A model generated the notes under the pieces. The model was given only the letters and a program-made list of their open reading frames with translations, searched no databases and was not told where the DNA came from. A stretch of 63,582 bases of DNA, filler included, from Reticulomyxa filosa (taxonomy: Eukaryota; Protista; Foraminifera): the NCBI GenBank assembly GCA_000512085.1. It is 10 parts of 10 records of this genome, joined end to end, with 100 filler letters (N's around TTAATTAATTAA, not from the genome) between each part and the next. Parts side by side here need not be neighbours in the genome. Positions count along the whole stretch, not along the records: positions 1 to 22,137 come from ASPP01002699.1; positions 22,238 to 33,265 come from ASPP01008799.1; 8 more parts are not named here. One strand, 5' to 3'. Below are positions 13,503 through 24,847 of the stretch, one piece after another (the stretch's first letter is position 1; each line of letters starts with the position of its first letter). The position numbers and the translations under genes are program-made.

Positions 13503-14523
13503 ATGTCCGATATGGTTGAATCTTTAAGAAATAAGAAATTGATAGTGATTGGATTGATGAGTGGGACATCAATGGATGGAATTGATTGTGCACTTTTACA
13601 AACAGTTTTTTTTTTTCACAACATGCAATCAAAATGAAACAACTAAGCCAAGCCAAGACAAAACAAAACCAAACAAAAAAAAAAGGACGGGGAAACAATA
13701 AAGTTACAACAACCAAATTATTATGAATGCTATGAGTACAGCCGAGAGTTTAAAGAGCGGTTGAAAAAGATATTGGGAAAGACGAATCGAACAGAGGAAT
13801 TGACAAGTGTGGAAACCGAGCTGACAAGACAGCACATGGAAGCAGTGAAGAAATTTCTGAGAAAGTATAGGTTATCAATGGACGACATCGATTTGATATC
13901 ATTTCATGGACACACGATATATCACGAATCCAAAGATAACATGAGCAAAGCCGAAAAAAAACCCCACGAGATACCGTCAGACGTGATAATAGGGCGCAAT
14001 TGCGCATCTTGGCAAATCGGAAACGGTGCACTTTTATCGAAGTTGACAGGGAAGCCAGTGGTGTATAATTTGAGGAAAAATGACATTGTGCACGGCGGAC
14101 AGGGTTGTCCATTGGTGCCATTGTATCACGCGGCCATTGCAAAGTATGTAAAACAGGACCACCCAATGGCATTCACATTTCCGGTTGTATTTGTGAACAT
14201 TGGCGGAGTTGCCAATGTTACATATGTGGACGTGACCACGGACAAGGAAAAGGGTTCCATCCAAACATTGATTGCGTTTGATTGCGGGCCTGGCAATGCC
14301 ATCTTGGACGACTTTGTGACCCAAGTGAGTGGCAATCGACACTCCTTCGATCCCAACGGCTTGCTTTATTGCTACAAAGGCATCCACGATATACGTTTCG
14401 ATGTCGTTAACAAGTTTCTGCAACACAAGTTTACTACCAACAATTTATCATCACAAGGCTTGCCAAAGTCTTTAGATCGTAATCAATGGCATTCATTTAT
14501 TTTTAATCTTTTAAAAAATTATG

Positions 14524-14556
<33 letters not shown>

Positions 14557-14935
14557 TTTATGCACAAGCAGCTACAATTGCAGAATGCACTGTTCAATCC
14601 ATTGTTCATAGTGTAGATTACTTTGGACTTGCAAAGGAAATCAAACCCATTCCCAAAACTTGGCTCTTGTGTGGCGGAGGACGGCACAACCGCTTCTTCA
14701 AAGAACGCATTCACACCGTTTTGAACGACAAGTACTCACCGCTGCTTCGCGACATCTCGGTACTTAACATTGACGACTTTGGGCTCAATGGGGATGCCGT
14801 CGAGGCACAGTGCTGGGCTTCTTAGGAGCTCGAGCCGTCAATCGCTTACACTTGAGTCTTCCCACCACTACCACTGTTCCCTCTCCTGTCACTGGAGGAG
14901 TCTTTGCTTTCCCTTCTTCCAATGCAAAACTTTAA
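13503..14935 (+). CDS. anmK: anhydro-N-acetylmuramic acid kinase (AnmK/levoglucosan kinase family); exon 1 13503-13604, exon 2 13686-14935 with a 1-nt frameshift at ~14820
   Basis: Exon 1 IVIGLMSGTSMDGIDCALLQT is spliced to DGETI. Internal motifs: FHGHT, GGQGCPLVP, NIGGVANVT, AFDCGPGNAILD, PKSLDR, CGGGRHN, GDAVEAQ. The conserved tail (F)LGARAVNRLHLSLPTTTTVPSPVTGG lies in the shifted frame and ends ..NAKL*. Confidence 0.93.
14526..14555 (+). repeat. (AAT)10 coding microsatellite, poly-Asn insertion inside anmK
   Basis: Direct reading: YD-N10-VY. Confidence 0.9.
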
Positions 14936-15326
14936 CCCGGAATAACTCCAATTTTTGTTTTCTTCCTCCTTTTTTTAAAAAAAATATGTACTTCCAACAA
15001 GTCGCTTTGTAATTGGATGTGTATTTTGTCCAGCTGAATTGTAATAGTTATCCTTCTTCCACATTCTTTGGAAATGTAGTAATGTAAGTGATAGCAGATT
15101 GCCGAAGAAAAAAGAAGAGTATCTCAGCTTTTAACAAAGTCAAAGCAAAAAAAAGTGGTCAAACAAATAAACGCAAACATTTAATCCTCTTTATGGGCTG
15201 CTTTGTTAAATAGTTTTTTTTTATTGATTTTGGGGCGCCAATGTTTGGAGGTACAATAAGAAGAGCAGAGCACACCTCCCAAACAAACAAAAAAATAGTG
15301 ACTCGTTCTCCCTTTCTTATGTTCTT

Positions 15327-16272
15327 TTAATCCAACAAAAACATTCTCGACGCAATATCTTTGACTAACCAGTCCACTCCCTCTCTTAACCCCTTGCCTG
15401 TGACCGCACTGCAAGCTTGAACATAGTAATGTCTGGACTTTTCCAATTTTTTCAACTCCAAAGTTTCGACAATGTCCTTGACATCAAGAGCGCCACTCAA
15501 ATCTTGTTTGTTGGCAAGTATTAACAAAGTCGCGCCTGCCAATCTCTATTTCACACACATACGTATGCATTTGGTTTATTGCATTGATATGTGTTTCTTT
15601 TTTTTAAAAAAAAAAAGGAACGGAGCGGAAACAAAAAAAATCATAATTGAAATTGTTTGAATCTATTCCGATAATTGCATTTTTTGTATTAGCATTGAAT
15701 GAAAGGATTATATTTAACTTCCTCTTGCAACAAACTGTGCAACTCTTTTTTGCACAGAGCCAATCTTCGTTTGTCGGCACTGTCAATCACCCAAATCACA
15801 CCATCAGTCGCCTCAAAATAATTTTTCCAATAAGATCGTATGGTTTGTTGTCCACCAACGTCCCAAATGTTCAATTTGTAACTTTATTTATTTTTGTTTG
15901 TTCAACAAAAAAAAAGGGGGCAAAAGCACGAAAGAACTTTTCTTTTTGCTGATGAAACAAATAAAAAAAAACAAGTTGACGGTTTATATGTTAATCTGCT
16001 GCAAAAAAAAGAATACAGTGGATGTCACTTACTCAGAATATTCTAATGTGCGGATGGTGAAACCCAAGGTGGGCGCAATCTTGGTTATGTCTTCACCGTT
16101 AAACCGCATGACTACTGTCGTTTTGCCTGCGTTATCTAAACCTCTACGCCAAACACAATCGTGTTTGCACTAAATGGGAATGAAATAAAGCAAAACCAAA
16201 CACTTACAGCATCAATATTCGCATTTCCTTCTCTTTTCTTTTCAATTTTTTCAAAATAGCCAACAGACCCAT
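15327..16272 (-). CDS. ARL2: ADP-ribosylation factor-like GTPase 2 (4 exons: 16272-16208, 16143-16033, 15881-15719, 15545-15327)
   Basis: [96 protein letters not shown]. These are ARL2-diagnostic sequences. Confidence 0.96.
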
Positions 16273-16690
16273 ATTGTTTAGAGTATATTTACGTTCGATG
16301 AAAGATTATTTATTTCCAAAAAAGGTTCACTTTATTCTTTTTTTGACCGAAAAAGTAAAAAGAATTTTAGATAACCAACTGTTAATTAAAGCAAAGTGTT
16401 TGCCACAAAAGAGCCTTGGAGTTGTAACTAAAACATTTGTTATGTTTATTAGATAGTTTACTGACTCCAACACTATGAAACACTCAAAAGATAGTTTTCA
16501 AAACATGCAATGTTGAGGAATAAGACCGGTTATTCTTTTGCATCAATTTTTAATTTTGTTTGCTATATTACGTGGAATTAAAACGTCACTGTAAACTCAT
16601 ATCGGGAATAATATGTATATGCATGAATAACTATCATTTGCAATAACTTATAAGAGGAACTAATATTTACAAATTTTTAACGAATGCAAA

Positions 16691-19600
16691 ATGACAGCAA
16701 AAAGGCATATAAGAGGTGTGAGCTTGAAAAGTTATGTTATTGAATTGTTTAAAAAAGGACATCATAATAATACTTTGTGATAAGATCCTGAATATGAAGA
16801 CAAATTATTCCGGATGCGTGATGTGAATGAAGATTTGCAACTAAAAACAAAAGAATTAAAACAAGAATTAGCAAAGTTGAAAACAGTGAATTTTTTAATG
16901 CAACTCTTTGGCAAATTTACTTTCAGGCTTGTTTGTTTATATGTTACAGGGCTAATTGGGAAGCTTCTTATTTTCGAAAAAAATCACAAGCTTCTAAAAC
17001 AGAAGAAATTGGTAATAAAAATATTTGTTGGTGTAAAACTTTCTTTTCTTAATATGAAAGTATGATAAAAAACAAATATAAAGTTGAACTGAAAAAAATG
17101 GTTGAAAGTCTACAAGAACAAAACTGCGATTACAAAAAAAGAAATGGTCGTTTGCAAAGCACACTACGAAAAACATTCATCCGTCAACCAAGAGGGAAAA
17201 GCCTATATAGACAAGAAAAAGCTCGACAAAAAATGGCGAAAACTGAATGCCTTACAAATGAAAGTAACATACAGAATAGTTTGAATTCATCGTGTATTAA
17301 GGCAAATACTCAACCAAATGATGCTGAGATTTTAGCAATGTTTGATAAGATTCGGCAACAAATTGAACAAAGTGTAAATGCTGAAAATACTGCAAAAGTA
17401 CCCGTTGCTCCCCCTTGTGCATTGAACGGACGACAGGAAGAAAAAAACAATAGTGACAAAGAGAGTAGAGTATTGAGTAAATCAGAGGAATTTGCTTTGG
17501 AAGAAATTTGTAAAGAATTAAAAGACAAAAAGACACAAATTGCAATGTTAACATCACAGTATGATCAATTGCAAGTTATGCAAGCATAGTTCATTTTCAC
17601 ATTTCAAATCAAAAGAAATTTTTTAACTAAAAAATTGAAAAAATAAACTTATTAAGAAAATTTTAAGTATTTTGACATACATATTACACTTTTAAAGTCT
17701 TATATTGTGTTTTGCTTGTAATTTAATTTTATTTTTAAACTTTATTATCAATTGGAACGCAGAAGAGTATGAAAGCAGACAAGGCGATACAACAAAAAAC
17801 ATTAGAACAGTGCGAGAAATATAAACAACTACTGCACGAATCAACTGACAAAATGAATGCTTTACAAACTAAAGTTGGCGAGTTGGAAATATCACAAGAC
17901 CAACTTGAATCTTTACAATTGTACACTCAAAATTTGAAAGCAGAAAATGAATCGTTAACTCATCTCGTTGACAATTTAACACAAACCACATTGCAAAACG
18001 AGCAAGTTGAATCGAAGCGGATTAACCAATTAGTGCTACAATATAAACAGGAAATTACCGAATTGCAATCTGCTATACAACAGGCCAATACTGATAACAG
18101 TTATTTTTTCTTTAAAAAAGATCATTGTTTGAAAAAGAATATGCAAATCTTTCTTTCAGCCAAGATTAAAGAAGAATTGTCAAAAACAAGCACAAGTTTA
18201 TCTGACGCACTGAAAGAAAAGGCACAATTGTTGAAAAACAAAGAAACGGTATATGACAGTCACTTTTAAAAAAACTTGCTGATCAGTTTTTAAAACCTTG
18301 TTTGGGCTACAGCTTGAGAGTGAAGTCGAAGCAAGTAAAAATGAAATATCGAAATTAAAACAACGCACATCCATTTTTGAAACCAACAAGGACATTACCA
18401 TGAAAGATTTACAAGATGCTTTGGCACTAATTCAAAAAGCAAAAAAAAAAAATATACTGAACTTTTTAGAACCTACTGAACTTGATACATGGTAATTGTT
18501 TAAGCAAATCTGATGTTATTTATCTGATAAAAGAACTAGTAATAACGAAAAAACAAAATATTTAGCCAGGACATTGTGAAACTAAAAGAAAAAATGGAAG
18601 AGTTACAGAGCCACAATCGAGATTTAATATTGGAATCTAAACAATATCAGACGTTATTAGATACACAAATAAATATTAACAAAGTATGAAAGAAAGTTGC
18701 TAATATTGTAACAATATCAAAGCTACATTATTTATGTTTTTGACAACACTTACAGCAATTGGAAAGCGATAATCGTCGTTTAGAAAAAAATCTTGAATTA
18801 TTGCATTCTCAAAAAAATACATTTGTATCTAATCCCAACGTTTTGTAAATTTCCAGAAAAAAAAACAACATAAAGCTTTTATTTGACAAAAAATATATAA
18901 TACTATTCCTACAGAGCTCGGTCTTTGGAGGCAAGCAATTATTCAACCAAAATGACATTGACGAAGTCGCATTTTCAACCACAGAAAATATGCTAGTGAT
19001 TCAGGTCACACAAGCACAATTAAATCCCGACTTTATCGGCAATGACCCACTCACTATGATTGTCGTAGATTTTTTTGAAGTTAAGAAAGAAAACGAAAGA
19101 TTCAGAATTTAAGTATAAAATTGAACAAAAATAAAATAACAATAGCACGAGTCAAAATTCAGTAAAATTTGCGGAGGCACTACCCCCCATTACAATTTGA
19201 TATGTTATTACAAGTTCATGGTTGACGACTTTTTTATAGAATATTTGACAAAAGATTTTTTTTCTGTTGATCTTGTGAAGCAGGTTTGCAAATTCAAAAC
19301 TCGTTAAAAACTTTTTGTGCAGGTTAAAACGAGCTACACTGTAGTGACTATGCAAATAGGAATTAGACAATTTTGAAATTATTTGTTCTCAAAAAGTATC
19401 TTTGGCCAATATATTAGTATCGATAGATGGATTGATTGAAGATACATTTGAGCTTTTCAAAGTTAAAAGTTTGCGTGAACCCAAAAACCCCCAAGTTTTT
19501 AAGTGCACAAACAACTTTAGGGAGAAAAAAAAGTCGGCACATTTCAGTTCTTTGCAAAACTCCTGCGACGAATTGATATAAGTGGCAGTGCCAGAAATGA

Positions 19601-20167
19601 TATCTTATTAGCTGAAAATAATTTCAGTAAAACTCTTGAATCATCAACAAAAAAAATTAAACCTAAATTATACCAAACAACACTACCATTGTTTATTCCT
19701 CAAAATGAAATAAGAATAAGTTAACAGCGAGACAAAAGTTTCGATACATGAAAAATTGTGTTATTTTACAAAAAAAACGTAGATATTGAAGATGAGAAAA
19801 CATTACAAAGTACAATGGCACGATCAAATAAAAAATTAAAAACAAATGAAAAAATGGAGCCTATTCAAACTGAGGAAATTTGTAAGAGAGCAAAAGAAGT
19901 AACTCTGACAAAAACACCCAAGAGCCCCATAATACATGAACGAGCCATGCAATTTGACACAAAAGATAAAACAGACACTCAAAATCTTGTGTCACCTACA
20001 AATTTTTCGGTCCATTCGCACCATACAGACTTAGTTTGTACTATTTTGGAGTACTTATTCATTTCCTTTGAAAACCAACTGCAAATATTTTTTTTTAATA
20101 GGATGAAAATGACATTGATGATTTACTTGACAAAGGCCTAGAAACATTAGAAAGTGATCAATTTTGA
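16691..20167 (+). CDS. RPGRIP1L: RPGRIP1/RPGRIP1L (fantom/NPHP8)-like ciliary transition-zone protein; many exons
   Basis: N-terminal EDKLFRMRDVNEDL..KQELAKLKT, long coiled coils, and LQDALALIQ. A C2-like region ENMLVIQVTQAQL..PLTMIVVDFFE/HESKFSKICGGTTPHYNLICYYKFMVDDFFIEYL resembles the first RPGRIP1 C2 domain (ENLFEIHI..PxTF..FYDFE..G..P.YNFTSQY.V.V.D.FL.YL). Confidence 0.72.
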
Positions 20168-20421
20168 AAATGTTGTGGAAATATTTTATGTCGGCTTAAG
20201 AAATTGTAATTGACGAAGTAAAATTGCAAAATGAAATGTCAGAAAAAGTTCCAAGTTTTTGATTTTTCATTACAAAATACCTTTCAACTTGAAATTTTTT
20301 AAGTAAGCAGAGGTATTTGAAAACTGGCTTACCTCATTAAACATTTTTAACCGAAATCTTTTCGGTGCAGTGCATGAAAAAAAAAATTTGATATTCTTTT
20401 CCTTTTTTTCTTGATTAAAAC

Positions 20422-21439
20422 ATGGTTCACAATGATAAATACCTTGCACTATATATACTCTCTCCAACCCAAGCACTGCTACTATGCAGTATTTTGGCAA
20501 TATTGTTGGTAGCTTCCTTGTATATCTGGGCACTTGCGGGCTATGAAGTTAGCAATCGCAACGATCCAACAGTGATCAAGCAAAGATTTATAAGTGTGGT
20601 TGTGTGGTGTTTGATATGTCCAATAATTATCGCGCAATACGTGCACGTGGTGGATCCGCATTTGATCCATCGAAACGGAATAATCAAAGACAAAGTGAAA
20701 AACCCATTAACGCAAGATACAGGATTTATAGACACATTACTGTCCATGGTATTTTGGGAAAGTTTAGGGGTCCGTTTGGACATAGCTCACAACATTAAGT
20801 CAGTGTTGGTAAGCATTGGATTAAATCTCCTTTGGTTTTACGGACCATTGGTCGAGGATTGGCAGTACGTGTTGATTCATCAACACAAAGACACACCACC
20901 ATTACACGTCATCCGAGGGTTCATCATTGGACCTGCTGCTGAAGAATGGATTTATCGATGTTGCATATGTTCGGTGTTATTAAATTCCGGTAATTTCTAT
21001 TTTTTTTTTATTATTATAAAAATTATCTTTTTTTTTTTTTAAAAAAAAAAATGATAAAGGATTTAATCAAGCGTTCTCAATAATCATATCCCCGATATTA
21101 TTTGGACTATCTCATGCACATCACTTTTATTATCAATACTCCACGGTGCACGCGGCAGAAGAGAAAAATATCCGCAAAATATTTTTATCGGTATTGCTTC
21201 AGTTGACTTACACAAGCATTTTTGGTGGGGTCGCTGCTATTATCTTTGCCAAAACAAGAAATTGCTTTGCTCCTGTTGTCATGCACGCCATGTGTAATTA
21301 CATGAGTCTCCCACGATTTAGTTGGGTGCGTTTCAAATCTCAGAAAGATTACTTGAATTGTGCCGCCTACGTCTTTGGCTTATTCTCATTTCTTTTTCTT
21401 TTGTTCAGTCTTGATCCTCGCACTTTTAGCGGTGTTTAA
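20422..21439 (+). CDS. RCE1: CAAX prenyl protease 2 (2 exons: 20422-20989, 21060-21439)
   Basis: Multi-TM protein with RNDPTVIKQRF, GPAAEEWIYRCC, FGLSHAHH, QLTYTSIFG and HAMCNYMSLP, the Rce1 catalytic E/H/H motifs. Confidence 0.92.
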
Positions 21440-22137
21440 ACTATAACAATTTTTAAAATACCTCCTTTTTTTTTTAGACCTCTTTTTTTTCTCTCACATG
21501 ACCTACTTTCTTTCGAAGATTATCGAACGTAAAAAAAGGCTAAATGACTCTTTTATGTCTAGAAATACACTGCAACACAATGTTTCTTTCAATAGGATAT
21601 GGAGGGTTGATTGAGCCAATCTTTTCTTCATGATAACAATAAAGCAATAGATATAAATTTATTTATAAAAAATAAACTTATAACATTTTTATTTAATTCT
21701 ATTATTTTATAAATTTTCTTGTTTAAGTTTCTTTGGAAATGTTTTAAAGTTTATATTAAATAATAGTTTATCTTCTTACATAAATGTTATATACATTGAT
21801 ATAATTAAATTGTTTAATTTTAAGTGATATTTTGTCACAATTCAATGAAAAAAATATTTACAGTTTTGCAGTAGTTTTTTTGAATTGATTTGATAGTTTT
21901 GAACTTCATTTCTAAAAAAAAAAGAAACATTTGGAAAAACTATAAGAATATAGTTTAATCATATGTTTCATTAGCAGATGTTTTCATCATTGTTCATACA
22001 CAAAATCCAATTTTTAACTTTTTTTTAAAAGTCAATTTATTGTTTGCGAAAAGTCTAACTAAATAAATAAATAATATTTTTTATTAAAATATTTTAATAA
22101 TATTTCATATTTTGTTTTTTTCCATAAATAAAGTCCA

Positions 22138-22237
22138 NNNNNNNNNNNNNNNNNNNNNNNNNNNNNNNNNNNNNNNNNNNNTTAATTAATTAANNNNNNN
22201 NNNNNNNNNNNNNNNNNNNNNNNNNNNNNNNNNNNNN
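22138..22237. other. artificial contig linker (N44-TTAATTAATTAA-N44); identical linkers at 33266-33365, 35169-35268, 36486-36585, 42388-42487, 44065-44164, 51669-51768, 53591-53690, 59370-59469
   Basis: The same 100-nt spacer, with stops in all six frames, occurs nine times. Confidence 0.98.
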
Positions 22238-22285
<48 letters not shown>

Positions 22286-22310
22286 TACACATATACATAT
22301 ATGTATATGT
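22238..22310. repeat. (TA)n/(TATACA) microsatellite in an intron at the contig edge
   Basis: Direct reading; it ends in the AG acceptor at 22311-22312. Confidence 0.9.
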
Positions 22311-22312
22311 AG

Positions 22313-23062
22313 TCATTGCCAAATGGAAATCCTCAGTCGCAGTATACGTTTTCACACGATCCATGGCCGACTCCGCGAGACGAAGAAGTTGACACAGCAG
22401 AGATGTCGCCCAACGCAGCGGGGAACTTGACTCAGAGACACATGCGTCGAGCCCCGTTCCATTTGCTGAAAGAGGCATCGAATGGCCGACTAGTGTACCC
22501 CGACGGAAATGAGCGTCAACTGTCGATTGCATCAGGCACGAGGGAGTCATTGCACAATGGGAGCATATCCAATGGCTCTCACGCCGTTCACATTGTCGAA
22601 GACGCCGAGGGGTCCGTGGTAAGCATCGCCGAGTTGGAGAACAGAGAGGATCACATCGAGCAAACGTTGACCGGCAGAGAAATCGAGTTCCCGACGGAAA
22701 TGATTGATGGAAGCAAAGAATGGAACAGAAGCTACAATGCGACTCTGAAACCGATCGCCGTCGAGCCGGAGGAACATAGTCAGTCGTTGTCCTCTCAAGA
22801 TAAGACAGTGATCCAAACCAAAGAGAAAGTAATGCTCAATGAACAATATACATTATATTTGGCACACATTTATGAAATCATATCCGCAATGATGCGAGCG
22901 CACAATATGCAAACAAAAGAGCACGCAAAAAGGAGATCCGCGTTATTTGACCCTACCATTTTGCTTCCGCCCATTTTGCGTCCAAAAACAAATACTGATA
23001 ATAACTCTTCTTTGTTAGAAGATCGAAAGGATATGTTACTCATGCAATGGTTTGGTTTGTCC

Positions 23063-23107
<45 letters not shown>

Positions 23108-24847
23108 CGGGGGTTCTGCCTCCAAAACTCATTGCAACTGCTTCGTCAATGCACAATCTTTGATTACACTCCGTACGCCAGAGATCTACCGATTTGGTAT
23201 TCATCATTTGTGGTGCTGGTGTGCGACTTGCTTTTGAAATTGGTAAAAAAGTCAGACTCGGTGTTGCGCGAATTGATGGAAAAACATCAGCTCATTCATT
23301 TGCTGTGCGTCGACATTGTTGGCGTGTATCATGCCGACATTGACGTGATGTCGTTGGTATTCAACATGCTCCGGCAGCTGCTGAACCACAAGGAATGGGT
23401 GGAGTCGCTGCTGAAGCCGGACCATTTTGATTTGATTATTCGCGTGTGCGAGCAATGGTGGACGAGGTCGATCACACCTTACAATGACCCACCCCAATCC
23501 AATACCTCCTCCACTGATAATCACACCTCTCTGCGCGTCGAAGCCATTGACGAAAACGCCGAAGTGCAACTCCCTCCTCATTTGGCTGCTGCTAATCCCA
23601 ACACCAAGACTTCGGCAAATGCAAAATACACTGACGACAATCACGTCATTTACGAACGAAAAGAGTTTCACACGCAGATGGATATCCTCAAGTTTTTTGT
23701 CGATTTGTCTGCTGTCAACCCCTTTGACCTATTGGAGTATGACATTACAAACAAAGTTTCGTTATATATATATATATATATACACATATACATATATGAA
23801 AGGGAGGGAATTATATACGTATACATATATATATATATATGTATGTTTATGTGTATGTATACGTATATATAATGTGAATAGTGCTTGTCGCTGCTGAGCC
23901 AAGGGTTAGATGAAGAGCCGGCGTTGATTTGCTTGAAAATGATCGGGCAATTTGCTACTCTTTCGCACATTGCAGAGGAGTTGGTAATATGTCGCGCTCC
24001 GGAAATTGTCGCAGACACTCTTTGCAAGAATAAACAGAATCCCTATTTACTGAAACTAGGCTATGAGACGTTGGGGAAATTGATGATCACTAGACAATGC
24101 GCACAACAATTGATGAAAATGGATGACACTGCTACTGCGTCGGGGGTGGCAGAAAATGCCAGTCCAAGGGCAAATGCCAAAGCTGACGATGACCGGGCGG
24201 CTTCCCCAGAGGCACACAGTACTTGTGAAAATGGGTCACAAAGTGTACGATTGATGAAACAAATTCAAGAGATGATTGAATATGGCATTGAAAATCGTAA
24301 CACTGGGTGCGTCACAAACAGCTTGTCCTTTTTTGTCAAGTTGCTGCAATATGACGAGTCGTCCATGCTTGTTGTCGATCATTGTGTCCCGTTTTTATTC
24401 GAAATCATTGAACGCAAAAATATCAATAGTATCATTTCTTTACTTATCGTCGACATCTTCGATCGATTAACCAAAAGTAATGAAGACGTTTTACACGCGT
24501 TTTTGGAATATGAGAATTGCTGTGGATACATCTTGGGCCTCATTGAGTTACTTTTTAAATAAATTAATTAATTAATTAAATAAAAAAAAAAACAAATATG
24601 AGTTGGATAGCAAGTTGCTTTTTAAATAATAAACAGAGATCAAATGAACTCCAACAGTATTGTGATCAGAGCATTAAACACATTGAAATATTTAAGTGAT
24701 CAATGCAGTAGAGATGTAAGCAAACAGTTAAAAAGTAACATTAATCATAATTTGGAAGTATTGGTGAATGTACAGAATAAATATCAAAATAGTCATGATA
24801 TTCAATCATTAACACGATCTTTGATGCAGGCATTATCGAGTCGATAA
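22313..24847 (+). CDS. 5'-truncated alpha-helical (ARM/HEAT-like) protein with poly-Asn tract (exons 22313-23755, 23882-24546, 24637-24847)
   Basis: Long ORFs are joined in frame by GT-AG introns. Leucine-rich amphipathic helical segments; (AAT)14 at 23066-23107. No specific family recognised. Confidence 0.7.

Noticed and set aside
13503-14935. anmK as bacterial contamination
   Set aside because: It has a spliceosomal intron and a poly-Asn tract, and it shares a contig with ARL2 and RFK.
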